This document shows positions 7,623 through 15,775 of a stretch of DNA of 64,000 bases, piece after piece (within the stretch, counting starts at the first letter, position 1; each line of letters starts with the position of its first letter). Under the pieces are notes generated by a model, which did not search any database, had not been told where the DNA came from, and saw only the letters and a program-made list of their open reading frames with translations. The translations under genes were made by a program, and so were the position numbers. Location: positions 27,029 to 91,028 of the forward strand of contig JBJEXV010000029.1 in assembly GCA_051886175.1 (NCBI GenBank), read 5' to 3'. The DNA is from Candidatus Coprovivens sp. GTDB taxonomy: Bacteria > Bacillota_I > Bacilli_A > RF39 > UBA660.

Positions 7623-8522
7623 CTATATGGTATTCACGTTCTTAAATGTTGAACCAGGTTCATAACTTTTCCATATTGGTAAGTTTCTATTTATTGTTTC
7701 TAAATCAAATTTTTGATAGTTATTTGAATCAAATGTTGGCCGAGATGCCATAGCAAGTATTTCTCCAGTATTAGGGTCCATAACAATTGCTAAGGATTCT
7801 TCTGGGGTATATTTGGTGTCAACTTGGGATAATTCATTTTCTAAAGCTAATTGGATATCTATATCAATAGTTAAAGTTATATCCATTCCATTTACTGCTG
7901 GTACATACTTTTCTAATTCATTTAATCTATGCCCTTTACCATCTGAGAAGTATTTAATAGACCCGCTGGTACCAGTTAGATATTTATCATACTGCAATTC
8001 TAGTCCAGATAAGCCTTGATTATCTATACCGACATATCCCAATACATGAGATAGTACTGTATCATATGGATAATAACGAACCGATTCTTTCATAAGATAT
8101 AAACCATCTATATTTAGTGCTGCTATTTTATCTGCTATATCACTACTTAATTGTCTTCCTTCAGGATTTATCTTTTCCAAGGAAGTTTTTTTAGTTAGAT
8201 GTTTTAATATACTATCATAACTACAATTAAGAATACTTGATAATGCTTTAGCTGTAAGTTCTTTATCTACGATTTGATTTGGTACGGCGTATAGGGTTGT
8301 TGTAGTTATATTGGTTGCTAATACTTTTCCGTTACGATCTAGTATTCTACCTCTATCTGGTGTTAGAGGTAGATTACGTTCCCATAAATCGTTTGCTAAT
8401 TTAGATAGTTTATTGTTTGATATAGTTTGAAGATAGAATATCTTAAATAATATTACAAACAACACTAATATTGTTACTAATAATACTATTTTAATTCTTT
8501 TTTGTTTTATCTTTTGAAACAT
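7623..8522 (-). CDS. spoVD: N-terminal fragment of SpoVD-type class B PBP (TM anchor, dimerisation domain, up to SxxK)
   Basis: LWERNLPLTPDRGRILDRNGKVLATN and ...WKSYEPGSTFK match my recollection of B. subtilis SpoVD closely. The last five codons (NVNTI) and the stop are element sequence. Confidence 0.85.
   Translation of the reverse strand: MFQKIKQKRIKIVLLVTILVLFVILFKIFYLQTISNNKLSKLANDLWERNLPLTPDRGRILDRNGKVLATNITTTTLYAVPNQIVDKELTAKALSSILNCSYDSILKHLTKKTSLEKINPEGRQLSSDIADKIAALNIDGLYLMKESVRYYPYDTVLSHVLGYVGIDNQGLSGLELQYDKYLTGTSGSIKYFSDGKGHRLNELEKYVPAVNGMDITLTIDIDIQLALENELSQVDTKYTPEESLAIVMDPNTGEILAMASRPTFDSNNYQKFDLETINRNLPIWKSYEPGSTFKNVNTI
7627..7641. repeat. terminal inverted repeat (element arm at 5' junction)
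   Basis: ATGGTATTCACGTTC on the plus strand is the inverted partner of 3422-3436. Confidence 0.8.
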
Positions 8523-8544
8523 ATTATCACCTATTAATTTTATG

Positions 8545-8575
8545 CATAAAAAAAGAAGATTTTGACTCTTCTTTT
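8545..8575 (-). terminator. rho-independent terminator upstream of spoVD
   Basis: Stem AAAGAAGA / TCTTCTTT with a 7-nt loop and a T-run in minus sense. Confidence 0.5.
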
Positions 8576-8581
8576 TATTTA

Positions 8582-8761
8582 TTAAGCTTGTGGGATTATA
8601 ATATTACCAGTTACGCTTCCGTTGTTGTTGAATTTTACACTATTAGCTACTAATTCAATATCTCTTTTAATAATTCCGTTATTATTTGATACTGCTACTA
8701 CTGTAAACACTAAACCAACCATATCTTTTATGAATTCTTTTATTTCTCTTAATTCTAACAT
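8582..8761 (-). CDS. hypothetical 59-aa protein
   Basis: The ATG at 8759-8761 has GAGG 8 nt upstream. The product begins MLELREIKEFIKDMVGLVFTVVAVSNNNG... It falls just below the ORF-track cutoff. Confidence 0.35.
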   Translation of the reverse strand: MLELREIKEFIKDMVGLVFTVVAVSNNNGIIKRDIELVANSVKFNNNGSVTGNIIIPQA

Positions 8762-8909
8762 ATTATTACCTCAATCTATTTTGTCCTATTTAATCTTAGT
8801 ATATTGAATTTGTTTTTTTAAATATGTAAGTACACCTCCTCAGTAAGTTATGTAAACATATTTGTTTGTCGAATTTTTTCTAATAATGTAAAAAAGACTT
8901 TTGCGAGTC

Positions 8910-9848
8910 TTAACATAAAAAGTTCATTATTAAATCAATCATAATTTGTTTTTCTTTTGGATTAGATTGAGCTATTAAAAGTGTTAGAGCAACTAATGTA
9001 TTATTGTCTATTACTCTTTGATTGTCTTTATATAATATTTTGTTATATTCTAAGAAGTAAATGAATAGTGTTGCTCCTATTCTTTTATTACCATCTATAA
9101 ATGTATGATTTTTAATTATTAGGTATAAGAAGTTGGCAGCTTTTTCTTCTATGGTTGGATATAAATCTTCTCCACCAAACGTTTGATAGATTGTGTCTAT
9201 TATTGTTTGAAGACCCTTATTACGTTCTAGAGCAAATAATTTACTTTCGTTATTGAATCTTAATCTATCTATCATTGATAAACATTCTTCATATGTAATT
9301 TTAGTTTGATTTATTGTACCTTTTGGTTTTGATATTTTTTGATGATCATAATCATCTAATAAATCTAATGCGGTTGAGTATTTATCTATTACTTTTATTA
9401 TTTCTTTAGCTTCAGTACTAGATATGTCATCTTCTATTCTTCCTGCTATATTTATCAGTTGAACAGTTTTTTCTAGATACTGCAGTCTCTTTTGATTAAC
9501 AGTATACCCTTTTAGCATATGGTCTTTTAGAATTTGAGTTGCCCATTTTCTGAAAGCAAAACCTCTTTTACTATTTACACGATATCCTACAGATATGATC
9601 ATATCTAGATTATAAAATTGTACGAGATACTTTTTGCCATCTTTCGCAGTATGCTCAAAAAATGAGCATACTGCTTTTTCGTTTAATTCTTTGTCTTTAT
9701 AGATGTTTTGGATATGCCTTGTAATTGTTTTTCTGTCTTTTTCAAATAGTTCGGCCATTTGTTGTTGTGTTAACCATACTGTTTCGTCTTTCATATTTAC
9801 TTCTAATTTAACCCCTTGATTTTCAAATAATATTATTTCGTTTTCCAT
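8910..9848 (-). CDS. RhuM-like N-terminal domain fused to Fic/Doc domain
   Basis: The N-terminal half resembles the RhuM virulence-protein family (VWLTQQQMAELF...ISVGYRVNS). The C-terminal half carries the Doc-type motif HTFIDGNKRIG. Confidence 0.75.
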   Translation of the reverse strand: MENEIILFENQGVKLEVNMKDETVWLTQQQMAELFEKDRKTITRHIQNIYKDKELNEKAVCSFFEHTAKDGKKYLVQFYNLDMIISVGYRVNSKRGFAFRKWATQILKDHMLKGYTVNQKRLQYLEKTVQLINIAGRIEDDISSTEAKEIIKVIDKYSTALDLLDDYDHQKISKPKGTINQTKITYEECLSMIDRLRFNNESKLFALERNKGLQTIIDTIYQTFGGEDLYPTIEEKAANFLYLIIKNHTFIDGNKRIGATLFIYFLEYNKILYKDNQRVIDNNTLVALTLLIAQSNPKEKQIMIDLIMNFLC

Positions 9849-10112
9849 ATTTATTTCTCCTTTTCATAATTCAATTTTGACGATTTTAACTTTTGTATAT
9901 CACCTCCTTTAAACAAAAAAAGAAGGTACTAAAAAGTACCTTCGAATAGATATATTTTTTCTTGCCTAAATATATAAATTATCGTCAAAATTGTCTATCG
10001 ATTAGTTTTTTGGCAAGTAACTAATCTTGTTTTAATTATACTATAGATAATTATGTATCACAATACATTTGTTCGTTATATTATAAAAAATAAAAAGAAC
10101 TCTATTGAGTTC

Positions 10113-10685
10113 TTATATTAGAAATATTATAAAGTCTAGAATGAATAAACCTAGTACTATAAAGAATATTGTATTTAGTTTTTTCTTATCTAGTTTATTT
10201 ATTAGTTTTTCAAATATTGGTTGTAGAATGTATAAGAATAATACTCCTCCTATACCAAATCTAATACTTGGTGATAATGCAATTCTCCCTTGGAAGTTAA
10301 TTGCATATTCACTATATGTTTGCCATGGCCATGAACCAGTAAACCATTCACATAAGTATGATGTAAATAGTTCTAGTAATGTTGCTACTAAACCACATAA
10401 TAAGAATACTAGAGGTATCATTAGAAGTTGTTTTCTTTTTGGTTTGTTTTTTATTAGAGGTCTTACGCAGAATATAAATAGTAAGGCACCAAATCCATAT
10501 ACTGGACAGTATGGACCGAATAGTACTCCTCTATCACAGAATCCCCATCTATAGATTATTACTTCTAAGAATATTTCATAGCACCATCCAAATATTGCAT
10601 ACATCATAAAATATAAGTAATGTTGTTGGATGAATTTTATTATAGTATCTTTTTTTGATTCTTTCTTTTTAGCCATATAGCTCAC
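10113..10685 (-). CDS. polytopic membrane protein (putative ABC-transporter type IV / DUF1113-like)
   Basis: 190 aa with multiple TM segments and the FGWCYE...GPYCPVYGFG pattern. Confidence 0.65.
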   Translation of the reverse strand: MSYMAKKKESKKDTIIKFIQQHYLYFMMYAIFGWCYEIFLEVIIYRWGFCDRGVLFGPYCPVYGFGALLFIFCVRPLIKNKPKRKQLLMIPLVFLLCGLVATLLELFTSYLCEWFTGSWPWQTYSEYAINFQGRIALSPSIRFGIGGVLFLYILQPIFEKLINKLDKKKLNTIFFIVLGLFILDFIIFLI

Positions 10686-10697
10686 CTTTTATTCTTT

Positions 10698-12176
10698 TTA
10701 CATATTATCTACTTCAACATCTGATTTAAACTTAGGTTCACATGTTAAGTTTATTTTTAATTGTTTTAATGCTTTACGATCTCCATTTTCAACCATGTAT
10801 GTTGCATGGGCTTCGCAGTTTTTTAATTTTTTTAAATTACTTAATGCTTTTTCAACCATTGGGTTTGTTGTTGAAGTAATACTTAAAGCAGTTAGTACTT
10901 CAGTTAAACCTAATCTTGTTTGTTCAGCATCTAAATCTTTTTTCATTTTTAACATTGGTTCTAAAACGTTTGGTGATATTAATTTAATATCATCAGGGAT
11001 TTTAGAAAATTCTTTTATAGCATTTAAAACTACTGTACAAGCAGGTGTTAGAATGTCTGTTTCTTTACCTGTAATAATTTTCTTAGAAGATAGTTTCATA
11101 GATATAACTGGTTTGCATTCTAATTTGCTCTTATTAAGAGCAGGTTCAATTACATCTAGATAATGTTCGTCTATCTTTAATTCATTCATTAATAGTTTTA
11201 TTTTTTGACAAGCATCTTCATCTGTTAAGCCTAATTTATAATTATTAAGTTCATTGTAGTATCTTCTTACTACTTCTTTTTTAGATGCTTCTGCCACTAT
11301 ATTTTCATCTGTAATACAGTATCCTACCATATTAACTCCCATATCTGTTGGAGAGTGATAAATATCTTTACCAGTTACTTTTTTTAGGATATCTTTTAGT
11401 ACAGGAAACATTTCAATGTCTCTATTATAGTTAACTGTAGACACTCCATATTTTTCTAAATGGAATGGATCTATCATATTAGTGTCTTTTAAGTCAGCTG
11501 TTGCTGCTTCGTATGCTAAGTTAACTGGATGTTTAAGTGGAAGGTTCCAAACTGGGAATGTTTCAAATTTCGCATAACAAGAGTTAATACCTCTTTTTGT
11601 TTCATGATAAATTTGTGATAAACAAGTTGCTAGTTTGCCACTTCCTGCTCCAGGGGCATTTACTAATATTAGTTTTTTAGTTGTTTCAATATATGGATTA
11701 GCACCATATCCTTCTTCACTAACTATTGTATCGACATCAGTTGGATATCCTTTAGTGAATGTATGGATATAAGTTTTAATTCCATTTCTTTCTAATTTTT
11801 TTATAAATTTATTAACACTAACTTGGTTTTTATATAATGTGATAACTACTGAGTTAACACTGAAACCCATCTTTTTAGATTTATTAATTAGTTTAATAAC
11901 TTCGTTATCGTATGTAATTCCATACTCGCCACGTGTTTTGTTTTTTTCAATGTCGCCAGCATTGATACAATAAATTATTTCTAGATCTTTTTTTAATTCT
12001 TTTAACACACTTATTTTTGCGTCGCTTTTGAATCCTGGTAGAACTCTTGCTGCATGTGTATCATCAAATAGTTTGCCACCTATTTCTAGATATAACTTAT
12101 CAAACATGTTAAATCTCTCTCTAATTTTTTCGCTTTGTATTTTTACATACTTTTTGTGATCAAATCCCTCTTTCAT
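10698..12176 (-). CDS. DUF1846 (UPF0371) family protein
   Basis: 492 aa. The N-terminal FDxxKYxxxQ...LYLEIGGKLFDDxHAARVLPGF is characteristic of the family. Confidence 0.7.
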   Translation of the reverse strand: MKEGFDHKKYVKIQSEKIRERFNMFDKLYLEIGGKLFDDTHAARVLPGFKSDAKISVLKELKKDLEIIYCINAGDIEKNKTRGEYGITYDNEVIKLINKSKKMGFSVNSVVITLYKNQVSVNKFIKKLERNGIKTYIHTFTKGYPTDVDTIVSEEGYGANPYIETTKKLILVNAPGAGSGKLATCLSQIYHETKRGINSCYAKFETFPVWNLPLKHPVNLAYEAATADLKDTNMIDPFHLEKYGVSTVNYNRDIEMFPVLKDILKKVTGKDIYHSPTDMGVNMVGYCITDENIVAEASKKEVVRRYYNELNNYKLGLTDEDACQKIKLLMNELKIDEHYLDVIEPALNKSKLECKPVISMKLSSKKIITGKETDILTPACTVVLNAIKEFSKIPDDIKLISPNVLEPMLKMKKDLDAEQTRLGLTEVLTALSITSTTNPMVEKALSNLKKLKNCEAHATYMVENGDRKALKQLKINLTCEPKFKSDVEVDNM

Positions 12177-12280
12177 AATTTACTCCTTTTACCATATTCT
12201 ATATTATATTTTCATTATAACATTGATTGATAAAAAGTAATTTATTTTTTTTACTTTTTGACGTAAAAAAATCAAACTTT

Positions 12281-12627
12281 TTAAGTTTGATTCTTTGTTA
12301 ATGGTGTTACCATTTTTTTAGTCATAGTTAAGTATGTATCTTGATTACCAATAAATATTGTGGAGAAGGCATCTATTTTATCTAGAGGTATTAGTTCTAG
12401 GTTTGTTACTTCGCCACTTTCGTTTGGTTCACCAAGATGACTAGCTATTCCGATCATTGGATTTGGTCCACGGTATTTTAATAATATTTCTTTAGCTAGT
12501 TCAATATTCTTTTTAGTAGGATTGCAAGGACTATAGAATATTAGTATTAAATTTGTTTGAGCTAATATTAATAGCGTTTAAACATCTTGTTTTAGTTTTA
12601 GTATATTCGTTATTTTATTTAATTTCA
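12281..12627 (-). pseudogene. remnant of a tetrapyrrole methylase (CbiH/CobJ-like C-terminus)
   Basis: Minus-strand translation: MKLNKITNILKLKQDV*TLLILAQTNLILIFYSPCNPTKKNIELAKEILLKYRGPNPMIGIASHLGEPNESGEVTNLELIPLDKIDAFSTIFIGNQDTYLTMTKKMVTPL. Only about the last 100 residues of the fold are present, and codon 17 is an in-frame stop. Confidence 0.5.
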
Positions 12628-12628
12628 T

Positions 12629-13300
12629 CTAGTCTTCGATATCTATATTGATTCCTGCAGCATGATCTACTGGTATTGAGAAACATAAGCCAGCTTGTTC
12701 TTTATGTGAACCACATTTTTCTATTATTTTTTCCATTATTTTATTCTTTATGTTATCTGGAGCTAGTATTAGAACTACATCTTTTTCTGGTTCTAATGAT
12801 AAACCTAATACTTTAACTATTTTGTTTGGTTCTAAACCACGACCATTGATTGTAGTACCACCAGTTGCACCGGCTTTTTTAGCTGAGGCCATTATTGTTT
12901 CGGCACTACCTTCATTAGCTATTGTAATTATTAAATGTTGATTTGCTGGTTTCATATCTATGTCCTCCACTTCAATATCTTTATATCTATCGATCATGTA
13001 TTGTGTTCCACTTGATAATGGAATTGTAAATGCTATTCCATTACCAGGTTCATCAATTTTTATTTTTTTATCTTCTTTTAATTGTTTTAATATGTATTTG
13101 CTCATGTTATATGGTACAACACTAAGAATAATACATTTTTTTATTTCATTTAAACCAAAGTAATCAAGTACACTATCTGATGCTGTACCTGTTGCACGAA
13201 TTATGTTTTTAAATCCAGCTTTTTTATCTTGTAGGAAATCTATAAACTCTTCTTCTTGGGAATGATTAATAATCATCGTTAAAAGTGATAATTTATTCAT
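12629..13300 (-). CDS. tandem P-II-like domain protein
   Basis: Two PII-like repeats. I moved the start to the ATG at 13298-13300, which follows GGAGGG and overlaps the upstream stop (ATGAATAA). Confidence 0.6.
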   Translation of the reverse strand: MNKLSLLTMIINHSQEEEFIDFLQDKKAGFKNIIRATGTASDSVLDYFGLNEIKKCIILSVVPYNMSKYILKQLKEDKKIKIDEPGNGIAFTIPLSSGTQYMIDRYKDIEVEDIDMKPANQHLIITIANEGSAETIMASAKKAGATGGTTINGRGLEPNKIVKVLGLSLEPEKDVVLILAPDNIKNKIMEKIIEKCGSHKEQAGLCFSIPVDHAAGINIDIED

Positions 13301-14798
13301 GTTGAGCCCTCCAATCAAAGTCGATGATTGTTTCATCAAGTTTACTTGTGTCTGGTTTCTTATTAGAAATAATTTTATATAGTATACCAAGTATTTGGAT
13401 TGTAATTAATGGTGATAATGCAACCATTGCTACTAGTCCAAAGGCATCTGTTAGAACGTTACCTTGGTGAGCATAACAAATACCAATTATAAATGGTAGT
13501 AAGAATGATGTTGTCATTGGACCAGACACTGCTCCACCTGAATCGAATGCTACCATTGTAAATATTTTTGGTGTAAATATCATTAATAGTAATGCAATTC
13601 CATAACCAATAATTAAGAACCATGTAATCGGTACTCCTGTCATTACTCTAGTAATTGAAATAGCTACTGCTAAAGCAACACCACAAGCAATTGTATTAAC
13701 TAGTAATGATTTTTTTAAGCTTCCTTCTGTCATTTCTTCTATTTTTTCAGTTAGTACTGATACAGCAGGTTCTGCTCTAACGATTACAAAACCAACTACT
13801 ACACCAAATAGAATTGTTAGCATACCAATTTTTTCATGTAACTCTGCTCCTAGTAAGTAAGCGTTTGGCATATAACCAACATTTACTCCTAGGAAGAATA
13901 ATGCTAATCCTAACAAAGCTAATATTAAACCAGCAATTATTTTTCTTATATTTTTAGTTTTTACTTTTTTAGTTATTATATTAAATATTGCAAATACTCC
14001 TAGAATTGGAGCTAATGAAATTGTTACATCTTTTAATATAGGTATTATTTCATGTATGTAATGTTTTAATAATACTGCGTATGATGTTACTTGTGGGTCT
14101 ATGTTATATTCATATGTCATATTAGATGGCATTAATAAACCTAGTAATAATACTGTTAGGATTGGTCCTATAGAACATAAGGCAACAAGACCAAAACTGT
14201 TTTCTTTTGCTTCTTTACGAGGTCTTGCTTTGGAAAAACCAATTCCCATTGCAATGATAAATGGTACGGACATTGGTCCTGTTGTAACTCCGCCCGAATC
14301 GAATGCTAATGGTACCATATTTTTATTTGATACAAATAAGAATACTATTAGTAAGATGTAGAAGAATGCTATTATCTTTTTTAAGTCTATTTGGAATAGT
14401 ATTCTTAATGCGGCAATACTTAGGAATATTCCTACTCCTAATCCAACGCATAGTATTAATGTCGAACTAGGTATTGCAGTCATTTGAGTAGCTAATACTT
14501 TTAAGTCTGGTTCAGCAACTGTAATAATAATACCAACTATTAATGCTACTATTGCAATAAGGATTGGCTTTTTTGTCTTAACTAAGGTTGATGCGATTAC
14601 TTTACCTATTTCTATCATGGAAAGATCAGAACCGTATGTAAATAATGTAACTCCAACTATGAGTAGTAATGTACTAAATAAAACTGATACTATAGTTTGG
14701 ATAGAAAAATCTAAGATGACACTAGATACTAACATTACTACTGCTATTGGTAGTATTGATAGTATTGCTTCTTTTAGTTTTTCTGTTATTTCTTGCAT
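13293..14798 (-). CDS. DUF1538-family membrane protein (internally duplicated)
   Basis: 501-aa polytopic protein. The motif AFDSGGVTTGPMSVPFI recurs in the second half as AFDSGGAVSGPMTTSFL. Confidence 0.7.
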   Translation of the reverse strand: MQEITEKLKEAILSILPIAVVMLVSSVILDFSIQTIVSVLFSTLLLIVGVTLFTYGSDLSMIEIGKVIASTLVKTKKPILIAIVALIVGIIITVAEPDLKVLATQMTAIPSSTLILCVGLGVGIFLSIAALRILFQIDLKKIIAFFYILLIVFLFVSNKNMVPLAFDSGGVTTGPMSVPFIIAMGIGFSKARPRKEAKENSFGLVALCSIGPILTVLLLGLLMPSNMTYEYNIDPQVTSYAVLLKHYIHEIIPILKDVTISLAPILGVFAIFNIITKKVKTKNIRKIIAGLILALLGLALFFLGVNVGYMPNAYLLGAELHEKIGMLTILFGVVVGFVIVRAEPAVSVLTEKIEEMTEGSLKKSLLVNTIACGVALAVAISITRVMTGVPITWFLIIGYGIALLLMIFTPKIFTMVAFDSGGAVSGPMTTSFLLPFIIGICYAHQGNVLTDAFGLVAMVALSPLITIQILGILYKIISNKKPDTSKLDETIIDFDWRAQHE

Positions 14799-15283
14799 TC
14801 TGTCACCTCGCCAATTCTACCTTTTAATTCTTCGATATTTATATCTTCTTTTTTTATTAAAAAATGAGATTTCTTTTTTAATAATAAAATATAATAGTTT
14901 TTTGTTTCTTCTATTTTATCGATATCTTCATAATTAACTTTAATTAGTTTACTAAAATGATCATTGCCAAATACGATTTCATCTTTTTTAAAGTTAATTA
15001 TTAAAGTATATTCACCTTTTGGATATGTTTTATCAAATACTTTTAAAGCAACATCTTCTTTTGCTTTAACGAGAAAAATGAATGTAAGTATTTCTGTTAT
15101 AAGTAATACTATTGCTAATATAGTTGCTAGTGTATTAGAAAATACTATGTTTAAGATAATTAATAAAATTATTAAGATAATAAAGATAAGATATTTTAAT
15201 TTTGTTTTATTTTCTAATAATTTAAATGTTGTTTCTTTTACTGAATCTCTATTTATTATTGATTTTATTTTCATAATACTCAC
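14786..15283 (-). CDS. YcxB-like membrane protein
   Basis: Two TM helices followed by a small cytoplasmic domain. The assignment is weak. Confidence 0.45.
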   Translation of the reverse strand: MSIMKIKSIINRDSVKETTFKLLENKTKLKYLIFIILIILLIILNIVFSNTLATILAIVLLITEILTFIFLVKAKEDVALKVFDKTYPKGEYTLIINFKKDEIVFGNDHFSKLIKVNYEDIDKIEETKNYYILLLKKKSHFLIKKEDINIEELKGRIGEVTECKK

Positions 15284-15327
15284 CTTAATAATTATATCAT
15301 AAAAAAAGATAACTTTTTAGAGTTATC

Positions 15328-15594
15328 TTATTTGTTTATTTTCTTTTCCCATATTTTTCTTACTAAGTTTAATGACAATGTAGATAGTAAGAAACCAATT
15401 ACTGGTACTAATGATGTTAAGAACATATTAGATACTGCATTAGTTAGGAATGTATATGTAAGTACTACGATATAAGTTAGAATAGCTATGCAAGCTTTTC
15501 TAGTAAAACAAGTTTCCCATTTTTTATTTAGTTCTACTACTTTGTTTCTTTTTTTAATAGATTCTATTTCTTTTAATAAGTCTTTTTCTTTCAT
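15328..15594 (-). CDS. hypothetical small membrane protein
   Basis: 88 aa with two TM segments; AGAGGTG RBS. Confidence 0.5.
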   Translation of the reverse strand: MKEKDLLKEIESIKKRNKVVELNKKWETCFTRKACIAILTYIVVLTYTFLTNAVSNMFLTSLVPVIGFLLSTLSLNLVRKIWEKKINK

Positions 15595-15775
15595 AAGTTA
15601 CACCTCTATATGTATTATAACATAAGATAAATAAAAAAAGCATTATTGCTAATGCTTTTTGTTCTCTAATGAGAAACCCCTTTTTAATCCCTCGTTCTTT
15701 GAACGTGATAATAATATACTATATGTTTTTATTATATTCAAGGGGTATTGGTATATCTTTTAGTTATATCTATTA

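Larger units (their letters stand above)
3421..7642. mobile_element. 4222-bp serine-recombinase intervening/integrative element inserted in spoVD
   Basis: Bounded by a conserved AA dinucleotide (3420-3421 and 7642-7643) and 15-bp terminal inverted repeats. It carries a large serine recombinase and cargo genes, all co-oriented with the interrupted gene. Confidence 0.8.

Noticed and set aside
8523-8560. CATAAAAT about 20 nt upstream of the spoVD ATG, with TCAAAAT 14 nt further up, considered as a mother-cell sigma-E type promoter.
   Set aside because: The match is to a loose AT-rich consensus in very AT-rich DNA and would leave a very short leader. It cannot be supported without transcript mapping.
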